A DNA stretch of 64,000 bases from Rhizobacter sp. Lineage in GTDB: Bacteria; Pseudomonadota; Gammaproteobacteria; Burkholderiales; Burkholderiaceae_C. This document shows, piece after piece, positions 53,479 to 64,000 of this stretch (the first letter of the stretch is position 1; the number at the start of each line of letters is the position of its first letter). The notes under the pieces are model-generated. The model saw nothing but the letters and a program-made list of their open reading frames with translations. It was not told the DNA's origin and searched no databases. The stretch lies in the NCBI GenBank assembly GCA_039931515.1, contig JBDTRU010000016.1; one strand, given 5' to 3'. Made by a program: the position numbers and the translations under genes.

Positions 53479-54984
53479 ATGGACACCAGCGCCACCCACC
53501 AGACCGGTTCACCCTTGCCAGCCTCGGCCGGGGTCTGCGTCGTCATCCCGGGCTTTCTGTCGGCGGCAGAGTGCCAGCGCCACATTGCACAAAGCGAAGC
53601 CCGCGGCTTCGCCAGCGCGGGCAGCGACTACCCGCCCACGTACCGCAACAACGACCGCCAGGTCACCGACGACCCCGCGCTCGCACAGCTGATGCTCGCG
53701 CGGCTCGCGCCCCACGTGCCGCCCACCTTGCGGCGCAGCGATGGGGCCTGGTCGTTGCACAGCGTCAATGAGCGCTTCCGCTATTGCCGCTACCGCGCAG
53801 GCCAGCGTTTCAACATTCACCAGGACGGCGTTCACCACCGCAGCGAGGGCTGGCAGTCGTGCCTGACCTTCATGGTCTACCTCACCGATGGCGATGCGTT
53901 CGAAGGGGGCGACACGGTGTTCTATTCCGCGGGCCCCGCAGGCGAGGCATCGAGCCAGGCCGCGCGTGTCATCGGCCGCGTGCGCCCCCGCGCCGGCAGC
54001 CTGATCGTGTTCGATCACAGCCTGTGGCACGCAGGCGAGACCGTCACCGCGGGCGTGAAGCACATCTTGCGCAGCGATGTGTTGTATCGCCGGGAGGCCA
54101 CCGCAGCATCAGCAGGCGCGCCGCCAGCGTTTCAACCCGGTCACCAGGGCTATGTATGGACGCTAGCGCGCATCGACGCCACGCTGCTCGCCAGCGGCGG
54201 GCGCGACACCGCCATTCATCTCTGGACACCCGATGGGCAAGCGCTCGGAGAACTGCGAGGGCATCGGCAATCGGTGCTGGGTCTCGCCGTGCTCCAAAGG
54301 GGGCAGCTGGCCTCGGTCTCGCGCGACCGCAGTTTGCGTCTCTGGGACGCCGCGGCGCGTCGTTGTGTGCGCACCGTCACCGCGCACGACGCTGCCGTGT
54401 TGACCGTCACTGCCTGGCCTGATGGCACGCTGGCCACCGGCGGCGCAGACGCGCTGGTCAAGCTGTGGCGCAGCGACGGCGAGCCGCTCGCCACGCTGGC
54501 GGGACATCAGGGCTGGGTCTGGGCGGTGGCAGCCGTCGTGAACGGCCGCGTCGCCTCGGCATCCGAGGATGGCAGCGTGAAGCTGTGGAGTCTTGCCGAT
54601 GGCCGCTGCCTTCATACCTTGCCCGGCGCCACGCCGCTGCGCGACCTGGTCGCCTCGGCCGACGGCAAGCAGGTGATCACCGGCGGCGCCGATGGCAGCC
54701 TGGCGATGTGGCAATGGACCGATGCTGCTTGGCGCATCGCACACCGCATGCGGGCTCACACCGCCGCCGTGCGCCGCCTGCGCTGGCTAGACGATGCCAC
54801 GCTCGCCAGCGCCGGTGAAGACAACCAGGTTCGCATCTGGAGGCTGGCCGACTTCTCGCTGCAGGCGCAGTCGCGGCACGACAATTTCGTGACCGATGTG
54901 CTGCCCGTGTCTGGCGGTTACCTCAGCTGCTCGTACGATGGCTGCATCACGCACAACGCGCGGCCTGCAGCGGGCACCTCATGA
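53479..54984 (+). CDS. 2OG-Fe(II) oxygenase (prolyl-4-hydroxylase-like) fused to seven WD40 repeats
   Basis: 'NERFRYCRYRAGQRFNIHQDG' (HxD), 'FMVYL..GGDTVF', 'LWHAGETVTAGVKHILRSD'; then GH...W[DR/S] repeats. Confidence 0.85.
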   Translation: MDTSATHQTGSPLPASAGVCVVIPGFLSAAECQRHIAQSEARGFASAGSDYPPTYRNNDRQVTDDPALAQLMLARLAPHVPPTLRRSDGAWSLHSVNERFRYCRYRAGQRFNIHQDGVHHRSEGWQSCLTFMVYLTDGDAFEGGDTVFYSAGPAGEASSQAARVIGRVRPRAGSLIVFDHSLWHAGETVTAGVKHILRSDVLYRREATAASAGAPPAFQPGHQGYVWTLARIDATLLASGGRDTAIHLWTPDGQALGELRGHRQSVLGLAVLQRGQLASVSRDRSLRLWDAAARRCVRTVTAHDAAVLTVTAWPDGTLATGGADALVKLWRSDGEPLATLAGHQGWVWAVAAVVNGRVASASEDGSVKLWSLADGRCLHTLPGATPLRDLVASADGKQVITGGADGSLAMWQWTDAAWRIAHRMRAHTAAVRRLRWLDDATLASAGEDNQVRIWRLADFSLQAQSRHDNFVTDVLPVSGGYLSCSYDGCITHNARPAAGTS

Positions 54985-55604
54985 ACGACCTCTATCCCAG
55001 TTGGCAAGCCGCATGGGCCGCTGCTGGCCTGGCCGAGCCACCCCGCGAGTGCTTCGAGGATGTGCGGCAGCGCTATGCCGAGCCGCATCGTCATTACCAC
55101 ACGCAGCAGCATTTGAGCGAATGCCTCGGCCAAGCGGATCGCATCGCGCAACTGGCAGAGCACCCGGGCGAGGTGCTGATTGCGCTGTGGTTCCATGACG
55201 CGGTCTATGACATCCGCCGCCATGACAACGAAGAACGCAGCGCGGTCTGGGCGCGCGACGTGTTCACCAAAGCCGGAGGCGATGCAGCAGCAGCCGATCG
55301 CGTCTATCAATTGATCAAGGCCACCGAACACCGCGCCGTGCCGGTGACGCACGACTCGCAGGTGCTGGTCGATGTCGATCTCTCCATCCTCGGGGCCGAG
55401 GCCGCGCGCTTCGACGAGTACGAACAGCAGGTGCGCGCCGAGTACCGCCACGTGCCCGGCTTCCTGTTTCGCCGCAAACGACGCGCCGTGCTCGAAGCGT
55501 TCTTGCAACGCCCAAGAATCTTCAGCACCGAGGTCTATGCCAACTGGCTGGAAGCCCGCGCTCGCGAAAACTTGCGCCGCTCGATCACTCAGCTCGGTGG
55601 TTGA
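54981..55604 (+). CDS. HD-superfamily predicted metal-dependent phosphohydrolase
   Basis: 'YAEPHRHYHTQQHL', 'ALWFHDAVYD', 'DVDLSILG', 'IFST'; ATGA overlap with the upstream gene. Confidence 0.8.
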   Translation: MNDLYPSWQAAWAAAGLAEPPRECFEDVRQRYAEPHRHYHTQQHLSECLGQADRIAQLAEHPGEVLIALWFHDAVYDIRRHDNEERSAVWARDVFTKAGGDAAAADRVYQLIKATEHRAVPVTHDSQVLVDVDLSILGAEAARFDEYEQQVRAEYRHVPGFLFRRKRRAVLEAFLQRPRIFSTEVYANWLEARARENLRRSITQLGG

Positions 55605-55670
55605 GCCTCAGAAGGTCACCGCAACGCGATCAGGCGCGGATCGCATTGGCCATCTGTTGGGGAGTGACCG

Positions 55671-57356
55671 TCAAGGCGCCAGGCTCCGATAGGTGAAATG
55701 GTCGAAGTCGGCGTGCAGCCGCGAACCGCTCAAATCCTGGCAAGCCAGGCCGATGAAGTTGCCCGTGAAGCCGAAGCTGTGGGAAACGCCTTTGTCGATG
55801 TGCGTCGCGTATTCGTCGGAGAGCATCTTCGATGGCAGAGGCTCGCCTAAGGGCTGCCAATCGCCTTCGGCCAGCGCGTAAAAGAAGCGAAACGAATCGC
55901 CTTCGAAGCGCACGCGCAACCACACGCGAGGCGCTTCGCCGATGGCGACAGGCGGCGCGGGCTGGCGCATTGCGCCATCGTCGTTGACCGAGAGCAGCAG
56001 CACACGCCCTCTCACGTCCTCGTCGTGGGTGACATGAAGGTAGGCGTGGTTCTGCGTGTTGTAGTACGCCACCAGACCCGCCATCTGCTGGAATATCGTG
56101 GGCGAAAACTCAAGCACCGTCTCGGCTTCGCAATCGAAGTGCTGCTGGCGTCGCGCAACCAGGCTCTGCTCGAACTTCGACATCAATGAGCAGCGGCCGA
56201 TGAGGCGAAGGTGACCGGGCCGCGCCTTGAGCGACATCCACGAAGCGTCGAAGGGTTCGCGCAGGGCATTCCAGTGGCCCGACAGGTTGGGGCCTGTGAA
56301 GTCATCGCGGGGCGGTTCGTGCTCTACCGGCACCGGCGGCAGCGCAGGGGCCGGCAGCGTGCTCTGCGGTGCCACACCGCCATGCGCGAGCCGCAACCAG
56401 CCATCGGGCGTCCACTCGACACGCTGCAGCGCCGTCTCTCGGCCGAGGATGCTGTGCAGCCCTTCGTAGTTGGCGGGCGCCTTTTCGGGTGCGGTGCCGG
56501 GTGCAGTGCCGGGTGCGTTGCCGGTGGCGGTCTGGCGCCACTCCAGCGGCCGGCTGCACAGGTGGGCGATGTACCACTCGCCGTTGCCCGCATCGACCAG
56601 GCTCGCGTGCCCTGCGCGCTGCAGGCCAGCCGGCGACTCGCCTTTCGATGTCAACAGCGGGTGCTGCGGGCTGAGCTCGTAAGGCCCGTCTATCGAGCGC
56701 GAACGCGCAACGGTGACCGCGTGCCCGTAGAAGGTGCCGCCCTCAGCCGTCACCAGCACATACCAGCCTTCGTGCCTGTAGAGGTGCGGGCCTTCAACGA
56801 GGCCCAACGGGCTGCCGGCAAAGATGTTCTTCACCGGGCCGACGAGGCAGCGCTGCTCGCAGTCGTACTCTTGCAGCAGGATGCCGTAGAAAGGGTTGCG
56901 CCCCGCGCGGTGATCCCGCTGCATGCTGATCAACCAGCTGCGGCCATCGTCATCGTGAAACAGCGAAGGGTCGAAGCCGCGGCTGTGCAGATAGACGGGC
57001 TCCGACCAGGGGCCGCTCGGGTGCGGCGCAGTGACCACGTAGTTGGGCGTGTCCTTGTAGGCACCCGTCAAGCTGCGCACGTTGGTGAACACCATGTAGT
57101 AGGTGCCATTGCGGTGGCTCAGACACGGCGCCCAGATACCCCCGGAGTCGGGGTTGCCGCGCATGTCGAGCTGGCTGCGCCGCGTTAGCGCATATGAGAG
57201 GTGTTGCCAGTGCACCAGGTCGCGCGAGTGATGAATGCGCACACCGGGCCACCACTCGAAGGTCGAGGTGGCGAGATAAAAATCACGCCCGACCCGCAAG
57301 ATGGAGGGGTCGGGGTGAAAACCCGGAAGAACCGGGTTCTGGATCGCGTCGGTCAT
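55671..57356 (-). CDS. xynB: GH43 beta-xylosidase with C-terminal ConA-like domain
   Basis: 'NPVLPGFHPDPSI', 'ATSTFEWWPG', 'WAPCL', 'FDPSLF', 'EGPHLY', 'GRET'. Confidence 0.88.
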   Translation of the reverse strand: MTDAIQNPVLPGFHPDPSILRVGRDFYLATSTFEWWPGVRIHHSRDLVHWQHLSYALTRRSQLDMRGNPDSGGIWAPCLSHRNGTYYMVFTNVRSLTGAYKDTPNYVVTAPHPSGPWSEPVYLHSRGFDPSLFHDDDGRSWLISMQRDHRAGRNPFYGILLQEYDCEQRCLVGPVKNIFAGSPLGLVEGPHLYRHEGWYVLVTAEGGTFYGHAVTVARSRSIDGPYELSPQHPLLTSKGESPAGLQRAGHASLVDAGNGEWYIAHLCSRPLEWRQTATGNAPGTAPGTAPEKAPANYEGLHSILGRETALQRVEWTPDGWLRLAHGGVAPQSTLPAPALPPVPVEHEPPRDDFTGPNLSGHWNALREPFDASWMSLKARPGHLRLIGRCSLMSKFEQSLVARRQQHFDCEAETVLEFSPTIFQQMAGLVAYYNTQNHAYLHVTHDEDVRGRVLLLSVNDDGAMRQPAPPVAIGEAPRVWLRVRFEGDSFRFFYALAEGDWQPLGEPLPSKMLSDEYATHIDKGVSHSFGFTGNFIGLACQDLSGSRLHADFDHFTYRSLAP

Positions 57357-57391
57357 GGAGTGGGGCGGCCCGCTCTCTTTTGATCAGCCGA

Positions 57392-58705
57392 TCACGCGAA
57401 GCGATTGACCCAGTTCTCCAGCGCTTCTTGGCGGCCAGAGCGCGGTGCCGTGTCGGCGTTGCGATCGAGCGTGCGCTGGGCGAGTTCGCCGAGGCCGAAC
57501 TTGCCCTCGCGGATATCCTGGCCAAGGCCGTCTTGCCAACCTGCGTAGCGCGCCTGCACGGCCTTGTCGAGGCCACCGTCCTTGATCATCTGCTCAGCAG
57601 CGAGCAGCGCCTTGGCAGCGACGTCCATGCCACCGATGTGACCGTGGAAGAGGTCTTCGGCGTCGAGCGATTGGCGGCGCACCTTGGAGTCGAAGTTGAG
57701 GCCGCCCGTGGTGAAGCCGCCGCCCTTCATGATGTAGTACAGCGCGAGCGCGGTGTCGGGCACGTTGTTGGGGAACTGGTCGGTGTCCCAGCCGCACTGC
57801 ATGTCGCCGCGATTCAGGTCGATGGAGCCGAAGATGCCGAGCGCGATCGCTGTGGCGATCTCGTGCTCAAAGCTGTGGCCGGCGAGCGTTGCGTGGTTGG
57901 CTTCGATGTTGACCTTGACTTCGTTCTCGAGGCCGTTGGCCTTGAGGAAGCCGAACACGGTGGCGCTGTCGAAGTCGTACTGGTGCTTCGTCGGCTCGCG
58001 CGGCTTTGGCTCGATCAGGATCGGGCCCTTGAGGCCGATCTTGTGCTTGTACTCGACCGCCATTTTCAGGAAGCGGGCCAGGTTCTCCATCTCGATCTTC
58101 ACGTTGGTGTTGAGCAGGGTCTCGTAGCCTTCGCGGCCACCCCAGATCACGTAGTTCTCACCGCCGAGTTTCTTGGTGGCGTCCATCGCCTCCTTCACCT
58201 GCAGTGCGGCCAGCGCAAAGATTTCGGGGTCGGGATTGGTGGCAGCACCGCTCATGAAGCGGCGATGGCTGAACACATTGGCTGTGCCCCAGAGCAGTTT
58301 CATGCCGGTGCGCTGCTGGTGTTCACCCACCACGTCGACCATGCGGCGCAGGTTGTCGACGCTCTCACGCGGCGTGGCACCTTCGGGGGAGATGTCGCGG
58401 TCGTGGAAGCAGTAGTAAGGCACACCGAGCTTGCTGAAGAAGTCGAACGCCACGGCAGCCTTGGCGCGGGCACCTTCCATCGGGTCGGCCATGTGTTGCC
58501 ACGGGCGGTCGAAGGTGCCGTCGTAGCCGAAGACGTCAAAGCCGTTCCAGCAGAAGGTGTGCCAATAGCAGGCGGCAAAGCGCAATTGGTCTTCCATGCG
58601 TTTGCCCAGCACGATACGGTCTTTGTCATACCAGCGGAACGCCAAGGCATTGCTGGTGTTCGGGCCTTCGTAGCGAATGGGGTCGATCTTGCTCAGGTAG
58701 CTCAC
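57392..58705 (-). CDS. xylA: Xylose isomerase (class II)
   Basis: 'ACYWHTF', 'FHDRD', 'WGGREGY', 'IEPKPREP', 'NIEANH', 'GWDTDQF'. Confidence 0.96.
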   Translation of the reverse strand: MSYLSKIDPIRYEGPNTSNALAFRWYDKDRIVLGKRMEDQLRFAACYWHTFCWNGFDVFGYDGTFDRPWQHMADPMEGARAKAAVAFDFFSKLGVPYYCFHDRDISPEGATPRESVDNLRRMVDVVGEHQQRTGMKLLWGTANVFSHRRFMSGAATNPDPEIFALAALQVKEAMDATKKLGGENYVIWGGREGYETLLNTNVKIEMENLARFLKMAVEYKHKIGLKGPILIEPKPREPTKHQYDFDSATVFGFLKANGLENEVKVNIEANHATLAGHSFEHEIATAIALGIFGSIDLNRGDMQCGWDTDQFPNNVPDTALALYYIMKGGGFTTGGLNFDSKVRRQSLDAEDLFHGHIGGMDVAAKALLAAEQMIKDGGLDKAVQARYAGWQDGLGQDIREGKFGLGELAQRTLDRNADTAPRSGRQEALENWVNRFA

Positions 58706-58729
58706 AGTGGTCTCCTTAAAAATTCATCA

Positions 58730-60211
<1,482 letters not shown>

Positions 60212-60274
60212 GGGGTTCGCCTTGTCTCCAGAGTTTTGGTTCGTTCGCTCGAACTCTATTGAGAGTTGAACTGT

Positions 60275-60299
60275 ATTTAGTTTGACCGTCGAAGTAAAT
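60275..60299. promoter_or_regulatory. Putative XylR (ROK) operator upstream of xylB
   Basis: ATTTAGTTTG-ACCGT-CGAAGTAAAT, an imperfect palindrome. Confidence 0.65.
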
Positions 60300-60320
60300 C
60301 GAAAAGTGCACGCACTAGGG

Positions 60321-61268
60321 TCAACCCCGCGCCGCCTCGATCAAGGCATCGAGCGCCCGTGCGTCCTTCACGAATACGCGAATGCCTTCGGCCAGCTTCT
60401 CGGTCGCCATGGCGTCTTCGTTCAACGCAAACCGGAATTCTGCTTCGTCGAGGTGAATGCGCGTTTGCGGTTCGCCCAACGCCGGTTGCAGCGCGCGCGT
60501 GAGCGGTTCGGTGTTGGCCTGCAGCGCGGCCAGCAAATCGGGACTGATGGTGAGCAAGTCGCAGCCGGCCAGCGCCTGGATCTGGCCCAGGTTGCGAAAG
60601 CTCGCACCCATGACCTCGGTGGCGATGCCGTGCTGCTTGTAGTAGTGCCAGATGCGGCCGACGGAGGTCACGCCCGGGTCGCGCAGGCCTGCGTTGGCGG
60701 CTTCGTCCCACGCGGTACCCGCGCTCTTGCGCGCCCAGTCGTAAATGCGGCCGGCGAACGGCGAGATGAGTTGCACGCCCGCATCGGCGCAGGCCACGGC
60801 CTGGCAGAAACCGAACAGCAGCGTCAGGTTGGTGTGCACACCGTCACGCTCCAGCTCGCGTGCTGCGGCAATGCCTTCCCAGGTTGCAGCGATCTTGATC
60901 AGCACGCGCTCGCGAGGCACGCCTGCGGCCTCATACAGACCGATGAGCAGGCGCGCTCGCGCCAGCGTGGCGCTGGTGTTGAAGCTCAGCCGTGCGTCGA
61001 CCTCGGTGCTCACCCTGCCCGGCACCGACTTCAGGATTTCGCAGCCGAAACGCACCAGCAGCGCATTGGCCAAGTCGTCAGTTGCAGCGTGGGGGTGGCG
61101 TCGCACTGTGTCTTGCAGCAAGGGCGCGTAGTCGGACTTGCGCACTGCCTTCAACACCAGCGAAGGGTTGGTGGTGGCATCGCGCGGCGAGAAGCGAACG
61201 ATGTCATGGAAGTCACCGGTGTCAGCGACCACGGTGGTGAATTGCTTCAGTTGGTCGAGTTGATTCAT
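60321..61268 (-). CDS. tal: Transaldolase
   Basis: 'VVADTGD', 'DATTNPSL', '[12 protein letters not shown]', '[10 protein letters not shown]', 'ISPFAGRI'. Confidence 0.95.
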   Translation of the reverse strand: MNQLDQLKQFTTVVADTGDFHDIVRFSPRDATTNPSLVLKAVRKSDYAPLLQDTVRRHPHAATDDLANALLVRFGCEILKSVPGRVSTEVDARLSFNTSATLARARLLIGLYEAAGVPRERVLIKIAATWEGIAAARELERDGVHTNLTLLFGFCQAVACADAGVQLISPFAGRIYDWARKSAGTAWDEAANAGLRDPGVTSVGRIWHYYKQHGIATEVMGASFRNLGQIQALAGCDLLTISPDLLAALQANTEPLTRALQPALGEPQTRIHLDEAEFRFALNEDAMATEKLAEGIRVFVKDARALDALIEAARG

Positions 61269-61327
61269 GCTGAATGGTTTGTTGACATTCGATCAGGTAA
61301 GCGGAGAGCCGCCGTGGCGGCGCGCGG

Positions 61328-62578
61328 TCATTCCGCCACGGCCTCATCAACCTGAAGCGAAAAGGCGCCTGCGCGCGATGACGGCCCATAGGGACGCAGC
61401 AGCGAATGCAATGCGAAGGCGGCCCCACCCACTGCCGTGGCCAGCTCACCATATTTGGCGACGCGCACGGACGGCCCTGGCAGGCGCGCGGCATGGGCAA
61501 ACATTTCGAGCCGCCCGATCGCGGCGTCGAGAAAATACTCGCCACCGAGAGCGACTGTCTCTCCGCCCAGCACGATGACCTGCGGGTTGAAGGTGGTCCA
61601 TACGTTTTGCAGCAGCACGCCCAACACGTTGCCGGCGATAGCGAAAGCGTCGCGCGCCTTGGCACTGCGCGCGCCCATCTGCGCCTTGAGTGCCATGCGG
61701 TCGACAGCACCGCTCTTGGGCAGGCAACCGGCGTCGGCCGCGATGGCCTTCAAGCCCACGTAAGACTCGGCGCAACCCAGGCGGCCACATGAGCACTGGC
61801 GACCATCGACGACGAGGGTGGTGTGCCCGATCTCGCCGGCCGAGCCCGAGGCACCCGTGAACAACGAATCGTTGAGGATGATCCCCGAGCCAACGCCCAC
61901 GCCGCAGCTGACGTAGACCAGCGGATCTTCGAGCGGCCGCGCGCCGAACTCGCTCTCGCCGACCGCCGCCAGATCGGCCTCGTTCTGGTAGTAGATCGGC
62001 ACGCTCGCCAGGCCCGCTGAGGCCATCTCGGCTGCGAGCCGCTTGCCTACCTCGACCTGCCGCCAACCGATGTTCGGCGCCACCTGCAACACCCCCGACG
62101 CTGCATCGACCGCCCCAGGAAGGCCTACGCCAATGCCCAACAATTCAGCCCTACCCTTACTCACCTTGGCAGCTTGAGCCGTCACCATCTCGACCAGCTG
62201 GTGGCAAGCCGCGTCTGGGTTCTTGGATCGCAACGCAGCCTGGTTCATCTCGAGCACCTCACCGCGGATGGAGGTGGCCACGATGCGGATGGTGTCGGGG
62301 CCGAGCTCGGCCCCGATCAGCACCAGATAACGCCCGTCCAATCGCAGCGGTGTCGGCCGGCGACCCAGTGCGCCGGTGGCGAGCGCGCCGCCTTCCATCA
62401 ACCAGCCCTCGTCGATGAGCTCTTTGGTGATCAGGCTGATCGTCGATTTGGTGAGCCCGCTGCGGTGTGCAAGGTCGACACGCGACAGGCCCGACTCATC
62501 GCGCAGCAAACGCAGCAGCGCCGTGCGATTGAGGCTTTTGACGAACCGCTGGTCCCCCGTGATGGGTGCTGTTGGCAT
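61328..62578 (-). CDS. xylR: ROK-family transcriptional repressor (XylR-like)
   Basis: N-terminal HTH 'SRVDLAHRSGLTKSTISLI'; 'GEIGH', Zn motif 'CSCGRLGCAE'. Confidence 0.85.
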   Translation of the reverse strand: MPTAPITGDQRFVKSLNRTALLRLLRDESGLSRVDLAHRSGLTKSTISLITKELIDEGWLMEGGALATGALGRRPTPLRLDGRYLVLIGAELGPDTIRIVATSIRGEVLEMNQAALRSKNPDAACHQLVEMVTAQAAKVSKGRAELLGIGVGLPGAVDAASGVLQVAPNIGWRQVEVGKRLAAEMASAGLASVPIYYQNEADLAAVGESEFGARPLEDPLVYVSCGVGVGSGIILNDSLFTGASGSAGEIGHTTLVVDGRQCSCGRLGCAESYVGLKAIAADAGCLPKSGAVDRMALKAQMGARSAKARDAFAIAGNVLGVLLQNVWTTFNPQVIVLGGETVALGGEYFLDAAIGRLEMFAHAARLPGPSVRVAKYGELATAVGGAAFALHSLLRPYGPSSRAGAFSLQVDEAVAE

Positions 62579-62731
62579 TCCACTGCGCTCCGCTGATGGT
62601 GAGGCGCTGTCGTCATTTGTTCGACAGCCAAGCCGAATTGTGCCTTGTCAGTCGGGGCTGCGAAATGCCAACCCACGATGCGTGACGACAATGAGGAGCG
62701 CCAGCAGCTGAAGCAATGCATGCACAGGGCA

Positions 62732-62802
62732 ATTAAATTCGGAGTCCGAACTAAATGCGAACAAGGGAAGCCGATTCAATTAGTTTGGATTGCGAACTTA
62801 AA
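62732..62802. promoter_or_regulatory. Two putative XylR operators upstream of xylR
   Basis: ATTAAATTCG-GAGTC-CGAACTAAAT (62732-56) and AATTAGTTTG-GATTG-CGAACTTAAA (62778-802). Confidence 0.65.
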
Positions 62803-62867
62803 TGACGGCTGAGCAGCCCAAGCTCACCCGCACGCTTGTTGGACCCAAAGAATCTCCGGCCACAAAT

Positions 62868-62895
62868 AAAAACGCCAACCTGTGGGTTGGCGTTT
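62868..62895 (-). terminator. Intrinsic terminator downstream of tRNA-fMet
   Basis: AAAAACGCCAACC-tgtg-GGTTGGCGTTT; U-tract on the minus strand. Confidence 0.8.
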
Positions 62896-62932
62896 GCGGC
62901 GGCTGTGCCGCTCTCATTCACTGACTATTCTG

Positions 62933-63009
<77 letters not shown>

Positions 63010-63046
63010 ACTGAGCCTGTGACTGTAGCACAGCGAGCCCATCACG

Positions 63047-63832
63047 TCACTTGAAAAACCGCCGCCGGGTGAGGACAAGAGCGAGGTAGTAGCCACCCAC
63101 TGCATACGCCACCAAGACAAGCACAGGTTGCACGATGTTCGGGGGCGCTTGGCCAATGATCAAGGGGCGAACCAACTCGACCGCAGCGGTAAGCGGCAAC
63201 ACCTGCGCGACCCGCTGCAGCCATGTAGGCATCTGCTCAACGGGGAAGTAGACGCCCGACAAGAACGTCATTGGCGTCATCACCAGCGTGAAGTAGTAGG
63301 TGAAGAAATCGTAGCCTCGGGCCAGCGCGTTGAAGACCATCGCAATCGATGCAAAGGTGACGCCGACCAGACACAGCGTCGGTAAGGCCAGCAACATGCT
63401 GGGTGCGCGGCTGATGCCCAGCACGAAGATCACCACCATGATGGCGGCCACCGTGAAGAGCGACTTCATCGCAGCCCAGAGCATCTCGGCGAACACGATG
63501 TCATCGAGCGCGATGGGGGCGTTCATGATGCTGTCCCAGGTCTTCTGCACCTCCATGCGCGAGTAGGCTGAGTAAAGTGCCTCGAAGGTAGCGGCCAGCG
63601 CGCAGCTCACTGCGATGCTGCCCGAAGCGAGGTACTGGATGTATGGCAAGCCTTGTACCTGTCCGATCATCGAACCCAGGCCGTAGCCAAACGCCACCAA
63701 CGTGATCAGCGGCTCGGCGATGTTGCCGATGACGCTTGGCACGGCGAGCTTCTTCCAGACCAGCCAGTTGCGCAGCACCACCGGCCAGAAGCGCGAGGTG
63801 ATGCGTGGAGCGGCGTAAGTCGAGATGAGCAT
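63047..63832 (-). CDS. ABC-2 exporter permease (NodJ-like)
   Basis: 'VVLRNWLVWKK', 'EALYSAYSRM', 'FLSGVYFP'. Confidence 0.85.
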   Translation of the reverse strand: MLISTYAAPRITSRFWPVVLRNWLVWKKLAVPSVIGNIAEPLITLVAFGYGLGSMIGQVQGLPYIQYLASGSIAVSCALAATFEALYSAYSRMEVQKTWDSIMNAPIALDDIVFAEMLWAAMKSLFTVAAIMVVIFVLGISRAPSMLLALPTLCLVGVTFASIAMVFNALARGYDFFTYYFTLVMTPMTFLSGVYFPVEQMPTWLQRVAQVLPLTAAVELVRPLIIGQAPPNIVQPVLVLVAYAVGGYYLALVLTRRRFFK

Positions 63833-63840
63833 GGTGTGCC

Positions 63841-64000
63841 TTAAGCGTCGTCGCGAATCTGACGGCCGGTGAGCTTCAGGAAGAGGTCTTCCAGATTGGC
63901 AGGGCGATGCAGCGTACGCAGCTTCTGCAGGGGTGCCAAGGCCTGCAGAAGAGGCTGAGGCTGCCGGAGATAGAAGAATACGGTTTCGCCGCTCATCTCG
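63841..64000 (-). CDS. ABC exporter ATP-binding protein (NodI-like), 3' end only
   Basis: 'EMSGETVFFY...LHRPANLEDLFLKLTGRQIRDDA*'. Confidence 0.8.
   Translation of the reverse strand, partial: EMSGETVFFYLRQPQPLLQALAPLQKLRTLHRPANLEDLFLKLTGRQIRDDA

Noticed and set aside
55604-55671. att-site duplicate of the tRNA-fMet 3' end
   Set aside because: At most a 6-bp match (TGGTTG) near the HD stop codon; not significant.

Overview
A GC-rich betaproteobacterial chromosome segment (Burkholderiales; the proteins resemble the Rubrivivax/Rhizobacter/Piscinibacter group, which is an inference). The left half is mostly core genome: threonine ammonia-lyase, pyk, pgk, azlCD, an alpha-2-macroglobulin/pbpC operon, htpX-fmt-def, LysM-dprA-smg, DUF1631 and yajC-secDF. 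The middle is a sulfur-starvation region (cysB-like regulator, sbp/cysP-cysTWA, ssuADCB, ssuE-TOBE-YdeN hydrolase, a decayed rhodanese) interrupted by accessory genes (ALDH remnant, orphan flavin-dependent halogenase, DUF2007/DxDxDG-repeat protein, Lhr helicase, DUF427, exported methyltransferase). The right end has a TetR-linked 2OG-Fe(II) oxygenase-WD40 fusion with an HD protein, a xylose cluster (xylR-tal-xylB-xylA-GH43), initiator tRNA-Met and a NodIJ-like ABC-2 exporter. I see no CRISPR array, transposase, integrase or prophage. The most notable observations are: (1) the 2OG oxygenase-7xWD40 fusion operon with two palindromic operators; (2) a REP-type palindrome family inserted in frame twice within pbpC, once nested; (3) a promoter architecture with fixed spacing shared by four sulfur genes; (4) three 25-bp XylR-like operators; (5) a rhodanese with a nonsense codon and an in-frame domain-1-to-last-domain deletion. 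Several supplied ORFs are 5'-extended, so I moved starts to the likely codons. All family assignments come from motif recognition, not database searches.
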